Part shown: positions 28,736-37,232 of the stretch, piece by piece
How the letters are laid out: each line of letters starts with the position of its first letter
Position numbering within the stretch: the stretch's first letter is position 1
Virus record (IMG/VR): IMGVR_UViG_3300045988_173816
Span: 96,001 to 160,000 of that record
Reading direction: 5' to 3' (one strand)
Length of the DNA: 64,000 nucleotides
Origin: a virus
The notes under the pieces: generated by a model
What the model was told of the DNA's origin: nothing
Databases searched by the model: none
What the model saw: only the letters and a program-made list of their open reading frames with translations
Made by a program: the position numbers and the translations under genes

Positions 28736-29209
28736 GTGGATTCTAAAGATGGTTTCCTAATATTATCGGACGGAACTACTTTTCCGTATAACCCTTATAT
28801 TTTTAATAGGGACTCTATACTAGCTCACTCTATTCGTGATGGTAAGTGGGGAGTTACAGAGGAAGTTCTGTTGGAGTTGATTCCTTTACTACAAATTGTA
28901 GAAGTTAACTTTGTAGGTAAAAGTCAAGTTGTAGTTAAAAGCAGAGAAAATTTCTATACTGAGGTTAAGTTTACAGAGCAAAAGATTACTTCAGTTAGGG
29001 TTATTCAATTCTTTAAGTGTCAAACTCAAGGTTTTGAGTTAGTACCATATAAAACTATGAGAGGGTATCTTCCTTGTGATGAGCTTCCAGTTTCGATTGA
29101 AGAGAGGGTTTCAATACCTTTATCTCAATTAGAGATGGAATTAGGTGCTTTAATTTCTGTTATGCTGACTAAGTTTCATGGGTTTAAATTTGAGATGAGT
29201 TTAGAATAA
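28736..29209 (+). CDS. hypothetical protein
   Basis: GTG start behind a TGAGG SD that overlaps the upstream stop. Confidence 0.75.
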   Translation: MDSKDGFLILSDGTTFPYNPYIFNRDSILAHSIRDGKWGVTEEVLLELIPLLQIVEVNFVGKSQVVVKSRENFYTEVKFTEQKITSVRVIQFFKCQTQGFELVPYKTMRGYLPCDELPVSIEERVSIPLSQLEMELGALISVMLTKFHGFKFEMSLE

Positions 29210-29220
29210 GGGGTATATTT

Positions 29221-29847
29221 ATGACAAAAACCGATATTGTAAAGGTTCGCAAACGTTTAGTGGGTTTTAAGAGAGTACCTACTTTGATTGAAATTGGTAA
29301 TTACAGTGACTCTGTTCCTATGTATTATGTATTTCAATTAGATCCTATAACACAAAATACTAAATTGTTATCTCTTACTGTGACAGATGAGTTAGGTATT
29401 CTTTTAACCTCTGATATATACTATAAATTGGGTATTAACATGGGTTCTAGGAAAGAAACTAGTTTAGTTATTATATTAGCAGACTTAGTTTTAGCTAATA
29501 AATCGAAGATTGTCTACCCTAAAGGTACGTTATCCAATATGTATAAGATTACTTTAGAGTTGGGTAGTTTCGAGCAAGGTAGAGTGACTTATAAACTATT
29601 TGCGGAGAATAATTTTTATGCTTATCTTAATTTAGAATATAAGGGTTTAGACCAATTAGGATATAACACTTTAGGTTTAGATGATACTGTTTCTGATACA
29701 TTAAAAGATGCTATAAATCTTATTTACTCTATCTTATTGAAAGATTATAGTAGTGAGAAAGGGTTAGTTTACTTATGTGAGAAATTAAGTAAATATTATA
29801 CTCCTACGCTTTATTCCCAATTAAGGTCTGAAAAAATTCAGTGGTGA
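29221..29847 (+). CDS. hypothetical protein, paralog of 31258..31866
   Basis: FKRVPTLIEIGNYSD...LGINMGSRKETSL...YPKGTLSNMYKITLELG aligns with FKVPYLLEIGSPQE...YGLNLGSKSNVSL...YKLGTLSSEFGFELEV. Confidence 0.85.
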   Translation: MTKTDIVKVRKRLVGFKRVPTLIEIGNYSDSVPMYYVFQLDPITQNTKLLSLTVTDELGILLTSDIYYKLGINMGSRKETSLVIILADLVLANKSKIVYPKGTLSNMYKITLELGSFEQGRVTYKLFAENNFYAYLNLEYKGLDQLGYNTLGLDDTVSDTLKDAINLIYSILLKDYSSEKGLVYLCEKLSKYYTPTLYSQLRSEKIQW

Positions 29848-29853
29848 TAATAT

Positions 29854-30711
29854 ATGCAAACAAGAATTATTTTAACTGTTGGATGTGTAGGTAAAACCTA
29901 CCTAGATAAAACTTATTCGAACGTTTATGACTTCGATAAACATACCTTAGATTATAAGTATGATAAGACAGGTTATGAACATCTATCTAACGAAGAGTTC
30001 AAGAGTATTCCCAATCGCAAAATCAATGACGGTTGGTTTGAACGATATATGGAAGATTGGTGTAAGGTTATTGATTCTAACCAATATGATGTAGTAACAG
30101 GTTGGTTGCAAGAAGATTGTCTTAATTACTTAGTAGATAAGGGGTATCCTATAGAAGTTATAGTTGTCAGTGTTGGTGATAACGAGTCTGTTTACAAGGA
30201 ACGTAGTCAACGAAGAGGAAATAACGCTCAATATTGGACAAACTTGCGAGGTTATTACGATAAAACACTGGAATTGTACAAGAATAGAAAAGATATTAAG
30301 GTAACGATTTTCGACCAACCTTATTATCTAAGTGAATATCTTACATTTTCGGGTATCATTTTAAAACAAACTAATCGATTTGGAGATACTTATATCCATA
30401 AAGTTGCTGAAAAAATTGGTTCCGAATTTAGAACTGAATATTCTTCACTTTCGGAAATATTTATACCATTTTATACTCAACTTATTTTAACTGCTTTATC
30501 ATTAAATACTGACATTACAGATGAAATGGTTCACGATGCTTGGTCAGTAGCAATGTACAATAGAGATGATGCAGATATTCACAAGTCAATGATTCCTTTC
30601 AATAACTTATCTAAAGAAGTTCAAATTTTAGATACTCTTTACGCTGATAAGCTTAATGATGTATTGAGTTATTTCAAAGGTCTGCGAAATTTAACTAGAG
30701 GTGAAGGTTAG
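29854..30711 (+). CDS. P-loop NTPase/kinase-like N-domain fused to a RyR-like C-terminal domain (tentative)
   Basis: Walker A-like ILTVGCVGKTYLDK. C-terminal HDAWSVAMYNRDDADIHKSMIPFNNLSKEVQILDT resembles the RyR (PF02026) repeat seen in phages. Confidence 0.5.
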   Translation: MQTRIILTVGCVGKTYLDKTYSNVYDFDKHTLDYKYDKTGYEHLSNEEFKSIPNRKINDGWFERYMEDWCKVIDSNQYDVVTGWLQEDCLNYLVDKGYPIEVIVVSVGDNESVYKERSQRRGNNAQYWTNLRGYYDKTLELYKNRKDIKVTIFDQPYYLSEYLTFSGIILKQTNRFGDTYIHKVAEKIGSEFRTEYSSLSEIFIPFYTQLILTALSLNTDITDEMVHDAWSVAMYNRDDADIHKSMIPFNNLSKEVQILDTLYADKLNDVLSYFKGLRNLTRGEG

Positions 30712-30712
30712 T

Positions 30713-30826
30713 ATGAGAGTCCCAGCTTTATTAGAGGTTACTGAAATTCCAATAGAATATGTTGGTTTGTTCTTGTTAATCGTTTTGTGTGTAATTCTCC
30801 AAATAATAGATGGCAATAGAGATTAG
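30713..30826 (+). CDS. possible 37-aa TM mini-protein
   Basis: GAGGTGAAGG SD. Product MRVPALLEVTEIPIEYVGLFLLIVLCVILQIIDGNRD. Confidence 0.35.
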   Translation: MRVPALLEVTEIPIEYVGLFLLIVLCVILQIIDGNRD

Positions 30827-30835
30827 GGGTATTAT

Positions 30836-31258
30836 ATGTTCGATTTACAACTATTAAACAAAGTAAATGAGGTGGAGAAACAGACAGGTCAATCACTACC
30901 TAGTTTGTTATCAAAAGTTCCTTTGGGAAATGTCTTAACTGCTTTTAAGGAGTTACAAGTTGCTGATTTAGTTGAGATGGTAAGTAGTGTTTCAATCTCA
31001 AAATTGACTCATGGTTTAACTATTATCACTCCAGATGAAATTTCTCAAATTTCTGCTGAGAAATTAAAGATTGTGTTGAAACATGGAAATATGTTTACTA
31101 TCGAAAGACTTCAATCGAAGTTTGGCAGTAGAAGTATTATCATTGCAATAAATAAATTGACTGAGAATGAGTTGCAGTCTTTGCTAACTGAAGATAATTT
31201 TGAAGTCATGTCAAACATTATTGATAAACTTGCATTTGCAAGTGAGAGGGGTATCTAA
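30836..31258 (+). CDS. hypothetical protein
   Basis: 140 aa. AGGGG SD. Confidence 0.75.
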   Translation: MFDLQLLNKVNEVEKQTGQSLPSLLSKVPLGNVLTAFKELQVADLVEMVSSVSISKLTHGLTIITPDEISQISAEKLKIVLKHGNMFTIERLQSKFGSRSIIIAINKLTENELQSLLTEDNFEVMSNIIDKLAFASERGI

Positions 31259-31866
31259 TGCCAACAAACGACTTAATTAAACTTTCAACTTACAAAAACG
31301 ATTTTGGGTTTAAAGTACCTTATCTATTAGAAATAGGAAGTCCTCAAGAAACTAACTATACAGCAATTTGCTATCCAATAGGAAGTTCAATCTTTGGAGG
31401 GACTTTCGCTTTAGATTTTGAGTTTATTTCTCCTGAGGGTATTTTTATTAACCCTTATACTAGCTATGGTTTAAATTTAGGTTCTAAATCAAATGTTTCT
31501 CTTACAAAAGAAATTGTAAAGATGCTTTTTGATAAAAAGCTAAAGAGAAAGTATAAATTAGGTACGCTTTCTAGTGAGTTTGGTTTTGAACTTGAAGTAA
31601 AGACTTTAACTGCTTCAAATTGCGGTATTGAATTATCAGTTAGTGATGGATCTAAATTATTTGTAAACTTGAACTTCTACTCGATAGTTGACGTACTTAA
31701 GTGGGACGATACTTTCCCTGTAAAGAGTCTTTACTTAAAATTACTATCTGATAATTTTTCAACTAAGGAAGATTTATTGGATTGTGCAAAACAACTTTAT
31801 AGTGTTAAAAACTTTTCACTGGCACAAGGTAAAAATTTAGGTGGTGTATCTAGTGTCAACAAATAA
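31258..31866 (+). CDS. hypothetical protein, paralog of 29221..29847
   Basis: TAATG overlap with the upstream gene. See 29221 for the alignment. Confidence 0.85.
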   Translation: MPTNDLIKLSTYKNDFGFKVPYLLEIGSPQETNYTAICYPIGSSIFGGTFALDFEFISPEGIFINPYTSYGLNLGSKSNVSLTKEIVKMLFDKKLKRKYKLGTLSSEFGFELEVKTLTASNCGIELSVSDGSKLFVNLNFYSIVDVLKWDDTFPVKSLYLKLLSDNFSTKEDLLDCAKQLYSVKNFSLAQGKNLGGVSSVNK

Positions 31867-33199
31867 ACCTTGGACTCGTCAAAAACTGACACAAATGCTT
31901 TACCATGCTTTTATTGGCTCATTAGCGGATAATGCGATTGAAATTGGTTGGGTATTATGTTTCAGCTTACTAGCGGATAAGAACTTGGTGGAGAGAATAA
32001 CTGTTCTATTTGGAGTAAATGATGCTTTTTGGGTTATTCTTTCTTCGACTTATTACACTGCTCGTACTTCAATGACTGCAACATTGCCTAAATTGATTGA
32101 GCAACAAGGTTTGAGCATAGAGTCTAAAGTAGTTAAAAATCATATCTACTTATTTTATCTGATGCTCTTACCGTCAGCAGTTGGTAGTTTTATGTTTCTA
32201 CCTAAATTACTGCTCATTCTAGGTGTGCCTCCAACAGATTTACCGTTCTACATACCTTATTTTCAATTATCGATTGTTTCGATTTTAATTGCAGCGCCTT
32301 GGTCAATATTTATCCCATCGTATCTTAGAACTAGAGGTAGAAGTAAAGAAGCTACGGTTTTAGACCACGCTAATGCTTGGTTTATGTTATTCGGTATTTT
32401 CTTCACAACTCATATCTTACATTTGGGTGTAAATACCGCTTTAGTTGTAAATATGATAACTAATGCCATTCCTTTGTATTGGTTCTTGTGGAAGAAGCCT
32501 ATACCTCAGTTCTTCTCTAAAGGTTTTGAGTTTTCTTGGAAAGAAATTAAAACCTATTGGAAAATCGTTAAATGGGAACTTGTCAGACGACTTGCTCCAA
32601 GGGTATCCGCTATTATTGGGGTAGGTCTTACAATTACAATCAATCCAATTTACGCAGCCATTAAATATTGGATTTCAAACCTAATGATGTTACCTGAAGG
32701 TTGGGTAGACTCAATGGCTGGGTTGCTCAATAGTCACGTTTCTCGAAATGCCGGTCTGAATGAATCAATTCCATATAAAGATAATAAATTTGTCTTTTGG
32801 AAAGCTTCTATTGGAGCAATTCTTTCGATAGGTCTTATTTACCTAATTGCTTATTTTGGGTTATCTTGGCTACCAGAGTCGATTTATCAAGGTATTATAT
32901 CTCCAATTATTTGGTTATTATTACCTATTGAGATTATAACTAAACTCCGTTACTACATGTGGCTTTCTATTAGTCGTTCATACCGACATGATTTAAATGG
33001 GGTTGCTCAACTTATTTATGCAATTCCAACTGCAATATTAACTCCTACTTTGTTATGGTTGTTCCTACATCACTTACAATTTAGTTTTGAGTCTATTTTC
33101 GCCGTTGGAGCTATTATCGGAACAGTTCAGTGGTTAGGTACAGAGATTTATTTTAGAGCTAAGTTATCGAAAGGAGATTTATGCACTCAGCAGATTTAA
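31841..33199 (+). CDS. polytopic membrane protein (about 12 TM, MATE/MOP-flippase-like)
   Basis: About 450 aa of alternating hydrophobic helices. The start may be GTG-31853, behind AGGTGG. Confidence 0.6.
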   Translation: MVYLVSTNKPWTRQKLTQMLYHAFIGSLADNAIEIGWVLCFSLLADKNLVERITVLFGVNDAFWVILSSTYYTARTSMTATLPKLIEQQGLSIESKVVKNHIYLFYLMLLPSAVGSFMFLPKLLLILGVPPTDLPFYIPYFQLSIVSILIAAPWSIFIPSYLRTRGRSKEATVLDHANAWFMLFGIFFTTHILHLGVNTALVVNMITNAIPLYWFLWKKPIPQFFSKGFEFSWKEIKTYWKIVKWELVRRLAPRVSAIIGVGLTITINPIYAAIKYWISNLMMLPEGWVDSMAGLLNSHVSRNAGLNESIPYKDNKFVFWKASIGAILSIGLIYLIAYFGLSWLPESIYQGIISPIIWLLLPIEIITKLRYYMWLSISRSYRHDLNGVAQLIYAIPTAILTPTLLWLFLHHLQFSFESIFAVGAIIGTVQWLGTEIYFRAKLSKGDLCTQQI

Positions 33200-34167
33200 C
33201 TTGCGCATCTTTCTTTGCAGGAGTAGGTGGTATTGATTTAGGGTTTAAAGAGCAAGGTTTTCGTACAATTTATGCAAATGAATTTGATGCGAAAGCAAGA
33301 GAAACCTTTTCTTTGAATTTTCCTCATGTTCAGTTGGATGGTAGAGATATTCGAGAAGTGTCTGCTTCTGAGGTTCCTACTGTAGATGTTATTGTTGGTG
33401 GCTTTCCTTGTCAAGCTTTCTCTATTGAGGGGTATCGGCAAGGTTTCCGTGATGAAAAAGGTCGAGGAACTTTGTTCTTTGAGTTAGCTCGTATTATAGA
33501 AGAAAAGCAACCGCAAGCTATTTTCTTGGAAAATGTAAAGAATTTAGTGAACCATGATAAAGGAAATACTTTTAAAGTAATTTTAAAGACTTTAGAAGAC
33601 TTAGGTTATTATGTGACTTATAAAGTGATGAACGCTGCTGAGTTTGGCAATATTCCACAAGGTCGCGAGCGTATTTACATTGTAGGGTTTAAAGATAAGG
33701 CGGTATCCGAATCTTTTCAATTTCCTGAGAAAATCCCTTTATCTAAGACTGTCTTTGATGTTATTGATTTCAAAACTCAAGTAGATGAGCAGTATTACTA
33801 CAGAGAAGATAAGCATTATTATCCTTTGTTGAGAGATAATATTGTATCTGTAGGTGGTATTTATGAGTACCGCAGAGGACTTACAATTAGAGAGAACAAA
33901 AGCGGTGTAGTTCCTACCTTGTTAGCTTCTATGGGTACAGGTGGTAATAATGTACCCTTGATTTTGACAGAGAGTGGTGAAATTCGGAAACTGACACCAA
34001 GAGAGTGTTTCAATACTCAAGGTTTTCCTGGTTCTTATCAATTTCCAGAGAAAATGGCTAATAGTCACTTATACAAACAAGCAGGAAATAGCGTAGCAGT
34101 TCCAGTGGTATCAAGAATTGCGAAGCAGATTAAATTGGATTTAGAAAGTGAGCAAGTAGATGAGTAA
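33181..34167 (+). CDS. C5-cytosine DNA methyltransferase (orphan)
   Basis: FFAGVGGIDLGF (motif I), GGFPCQAFS (IV), ENVKNL (VI), QGRERIYIVGF (VIII), YKQAGNSVAVPV (X). Confidence 0.9.
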   Translation: MHSADLTCASFFAGVGGIDLGFKEQGFRTIYANEFDAKARETFSLNFPHVQLDGRDIREVSASEVPTVDVIVGGFPCQAFSIEGYRQGFRDEKGRGTLFFELARIIEEKQPQAIFLENVKNLVNHDKGNTFKVILKTLEDLGYYVTYKVMNAAEFGNIPQGRERIYIVGFKDKAVSESFQFPEKIPLSKTVFDVIDFKTQVDEQYYYREDKHYYPLLRDNIVSVGGIYEYRRGLTIRENKSGVVPTLLASMGTGGNNVPLILTESGEIRKLTPRECFNTQGFPGSYQFPEKMANSHLYKQAGNSVAVPVVSRIAKQIKLDLESEQVDE

Positions 34168-34567
34168 AAATAAAAGAAAACAACTTCAACAAGCTTTAGA
34201 GAAGACTTTTGATAAAGTTATTGGTTTAGCAGATAGTGTAAATGGTGAAACTATTGAGGTTTCTGCTAAATATTTGGTTTATGTAGAACTTGCAAAAGAC
34301 TTAATTTATTTATCTTTAGAAAACAAAAAGTCAGGTAAAAGAGTTCATGACTTGCATATTTCAGTATCAAAAGACTTGGATGTTTTCTTCGCAGGTAGTG
34401 TTTATAGACCAGAAAGTTCTTTACCTGCAAGTTCAAGGGAGCACATAGTTCCATATTCTGCTAAAGATACTCGATTTTTCACATACGGTTTTGAACTTTT
34501 GGTAGAGTCTATTACAACAGACTTCCAAGTAGCTTGTTTCTTGAGTGCTTTGGAAGAGTTTATCTAA
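34160..34567 (+). CDS. array-3 small protein
   Basis: 8-nt overlap with the MTase gene. 135 aa. Confidence 0.8.
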   Translation: MSKNKRKQLQQALEKTFDKVIGLADSVNGETIEVSAKYLVYVELAKDLIYLSLENKKSGKRVHDLHISVSKDLDVFFAGSVYRPESSLPASSREHIVPYSAKDTRFFTYGFELLVESITTDFQVACFLSALEEFI

Positions 34568-34584
34568 TTACGGAGGGTTTTGGT

Positions 34585-35060
34585 ATGGCTTACGGAAAGA
34601 GTAGGTACAATGCGTATAGAAAACGCAGTTTTAACAGAAGTGATACTCAACGAAGGGTTTACGCACAAGCTATGGATGAGCTAGAACAATCAATCATTTG
34701 AGTTATTAGCACAAGAGGGTTGGTCAATATCGAGTCATTTAGATAGTGCTTACAAGAATTATGAGTATTTTCAAGTACGCTTGTCCAACCACTCAGCAGA
34801 TAATCAATATCATGATATTCATGAAGGTTATTTGATTATCAATATTAAAGCTAGTAAACAAGATTTCGTATGGCTTATTGAGAGTTATTTAGACCATTTG
34901 TTGTCATACATAGATACGTTGGGACTTAAGTAAATATAGGTTTATCAATGTAACTAATAGAGGTAAGAAAATTACGTGCTATTACAGAGATTTTAAAACT
35001 AAGAAAGACGTAATCGACAAAAGGTATGGGTTTGATTTTAAAGAACACGCTGAGGATTAA
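34585..35060 (+). pseudogene. small siphophage-type protein (motif RLSNHSADNxYHD) broken by two +1 frameshifts
   Basis: Three consecutive frames give MAYGKSRYNAYRKRSFNRSDTQRRVYAQAMDELEQSII*, then ELLAQEGW..YFQVRLSNHSADNQYHDIHEGYLIINIKASK..LGLK*, then KYRFINVTNRGKKITCYYRDFKTKKDVI... Together these resemble, from memory, a conserved staphylococcal/streptococcal phage protein. Confidence 0.5.
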
Positions 35061-35092
35061 ACTATGAAAGATATAATTGAGGTTTAAGTGAA

Positions 35093-35557
35093 ATGGTAAA
35101 ACTAGCAAACAAACAGACAATTGAGTTATGGAACCACTTAAGACAAGGTTTTGAAGAGACTTTGAATTTTGATGAGAACCGTTTACCAGTAAAGTCAGTT
35201 AATCAAGTTTCTTCTAGGTATAAGTGTTCTGTTTTATTGAGTGGTTATGTTTTTCAAATAAGACTATTGAAAAACACACTTGAAACTAATTTAGATACGG
35301 ATTTAGTTCACGAAATTGAGCTTTATTACGATAGAGAGTTAGGTAGAATTTCCTTTAAGAGTGTTACGTGTAACCAAAAGACAGGTAAACGGAACGTGGT
35401 ATCTGCGCAAGCTTACTTACCTAGTTTAGTTGAATATACTATCTTTAAACAGATTTTAACTGATTTAGTTGAAAATATAGCAACAATTAAGCAAGTTGAT
35501 TACTTAAACTTAGGTGTTCAGTTATCAGGTTTTGGTTTTGATGTGATAGAGGGTTAA
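35093..35557 (+). CDS. array-3 small protein, close paralog of 35561..36034
   Basis: ELWNHLRQGFEETLNFDENRLPVKSVNQVSSRYKCSVLLSG..DLVHEIELYYD aligns with the next gene. Confidence 0.85.
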   Translation: MVKLANKQTIELWNHLRQGFEETLNFDENRLPVKSVNQVSSRYKCSVLLSGYVFQIRLLKNTLETNLDTDLVHEIELYYDRELGRISFKSVTCNQKTGKRNVVSAQAYLPSLVEYTIFKQILTDLVENIATIKQVDYLNLGVQLSGFGFDVIEG

Positions 35558-35560
35558 GGT

Positions 35561-36034
35561 ATGATTAATTTTAAATCTCATCAACGAGAAGAACTTTGGC
35601 GGACTTTGATGAATGCGTGTGACTTAATTCTCGATTCGGAGAAGAATAAAGAGCCTTGCAAAGCGGTATCTGAGGTTTCGCCTAAGTATAGTTGTTCGGT
35701 TGAACTTTCAGGGAAACATATTCAGTTACAATTATTGAAATACAATCCACAAACAAAATTGAACTCAGACTTGATTCACGAAATCGAAATTCGATTGGAT
35801 GTGGAAAGGGATAGTATATTTTTTAGAAGTCACCGTCCTTTTGTAAAAACAAATTATTCTGGATTGTCTTCTGGGCTTTCCGTATCTGAAATGACTTCTT
35901 CTCAGTTGGCTAACTCAGTAACTCAACTTGTAAACCATATTCCAACGGTTGAGCTGGTTGAGCGATTCAATTCAGGACTACAGAGCTTTATGTGGAGCAA
36001 AGAATATTTTAATGCAGCTATAGGAAAGAAGTAG
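35561..36034 (+). CDS. array-3 small protein, close paralog of 35093..35557
   Basis: ELWRTLMNACDLILDSEKNKEPCKAVSEVSPKYSCSVELSG..DLIHEIEIRLD. Confidence 0.85.
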   Translation: MINFKSHQREELWRTLMNACDLILDSEKNKEPCKAVSEVSPKYSCSVELSGKHIQLQLLKYNPQTKLNSDLIHEIEIRLDVERDSIFFRSHRPFVKTNYSGLSSGLSVSEMTSSQLANSVTQLVNHIPTVELVERFNSGLQSFMWSKEYFNAAIGKK

Positions 36035-36041
36035 GTAGTTT

Positions 36042-36491
36042 ATGAGCAAATACAATGGTTTAAAAAGAGACCAATTAGAGAAGTTGGTTTTAGAAAGGTT
36101 AACTTGGTTTTTTAAGTATTTAGAGGGTCAGTCGTCTTATCCTATGGGTAAGTTCTCCACGGGTATCCCTTCTCCGAATGGGGGAGAATATTTAGTTTGG
36201 GTAGGTTGCTCTGAGGGTACGATTTCTTTTACTTTGCAAGATACTACTGGAGTTGATTATCACAATATCAAGATTGATAAGTTTGGTGGTGCTAGACAAG
36301 TTGTAGAGATTGCAAGTAGACCTTTTAGAGAAACAGGTGTTATTTGGTTTGGTAAAAGTTTCAGTCTTCGTTGTGATTGGGATGACTTGAAGAGCAGCCC
36401 AACTATGTTCCTAACACAAGCTCTACGTGTGGTTAGAAAGAAAGACCAAGTATTAGCTTATTGGTTAGGGTTGGTTCACATTTTACAATAA
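36042..36491 (+). CDS. array-3 small protein
   Basis: 149 aa. N-terminal helix LEKLVLERLTWFFKYL. Confidence 0.8.
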   Translation: MSKYNGLKRDQLEKLVLERLTWFFKYLEGQSSYPMGKFSTGIPSPNGGEYLVWVGCSEGTISFTLQDTTGVDYHNIKIDKFGGARQVVEIASRPFRETGVIWFGKSFSLRCDWDDLKSSPTMFLTQALRVVRKKDQVLAYWLGLVHILQ

Positions 36492-36584
36492 TGAGGAGAT
36501 GCCTTAAAGCCTTTTTGCTACAACGTAGGATGAAAATTCAAGCGTGAAGGTAGCGAAAGCAGAAAGAAGAAACAGGATGTTGAT

Positions 36585-36950
36585 ACAACTTAGTAGTTGA
36601 TACAAAAGTGAACGGTTATAAAGCTGAAATAAAAGCTAATCAGTGTCTAGTAAATAAAATAGTGACTGCTAGAAAACGTTAGTGCTAAGTCAATACAAAC
36701 AAGGGTAAGTTTCGGTAGGAATGTCCTAAGTTTCAAAAAAAATGAGATATGGTTAACCTCTAACGACTATCTTCTGATGGGGGAGTAAAGCCACAAGCTA
36801 AAGGTGGAAGAAAAATCTTTGGTCTAACTACTCATAAAAGTTGTGTTAGAGTAGTTCAGATTGACATATAGTCTGCGCACAGTTTGTAATGGAAGTGTCT
36901 AGGAATTGACCTAGCTGTTAGGGGTTGCGCCTTAATGGAAACTATCAAAA
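36585..36950 (+). ncRNA. group I intron catalytic core (IA2-like)
   Basis: R-like CTAACGACTATC (36760-36771) and S-like ATATAGTCTGC (36866-36876) can form P7 GACTAT/ATAGTC. GGGGAGTA follows P7, as in the T4 td intron. A P8-like hairpin AACTACTC/GAGTAGTT lies at 36826-36856. The segment is 540 nt with no ORF. Confidence 0.6.
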
Positions 36951-36994
36951 GTACGAAAAGCACATTGAAAACTGAATAACACGATAAAAATTTG

Positions 36995-37023
36995 TTGCAT
37001 TAAATTCAATAATATGATACAAT
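36995..37023 (+). promoter_or_regulatory. sigma-A type promoter for RHH-tnpB
   Basis: TTGCAT, 17 bp spacer, TGaTACAAT. Confidence 0.6.
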
Positions 37024-37055
37024 AGGTTTATCAAATGTTTAAGGAGAAAATCGAT

Positions 37056-37232
37056 ATGACAGGAAGACCTAAATCTAAAAAGGGAGTTAAGGTACATACT
37101 GCTTTCAAAATTTATCCAAAGGATAAAGAAAGAGCACAAGTTATGGCAGATAAACTTGATATGAGTCTGTCAGCGTACATTAATAAAGCTGTTTTGGAGA
37201 AGTTAGACTATGATGAGAAGTCAGAAGCTTAG
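37056..37232 (+). CDS. ribbon-helix-helix (CopG/Arc-like) DNA-binding protein, 58 aa
   Basis: AAGGAG SD lies 9 nt before ATG-37056. A basic N-terminal strand VKVHTAFKIYP is followed by helices KERAQVMADKLDMSLSAYINKAVLEKL. The gene overlaps the tnpB start. Confidence 0.6.
   Translation: MTGRPKSKKGVKVHTAFKIYPKDKERAQVMADKLDMSLSAYINKAVLEKLDYDEKSEA

Noticed and set aside
36492-36584. A 5' exon for the beheaded paralog, looked for immediately left of the ribozyme.
   Set aside because: All three frames of 36492-36584 contain stops or lack a start, and none encodes the family-type N-terminal helix. One arithmetically possible in-frame join exists, but it has no independent support and is not reported as a feature.
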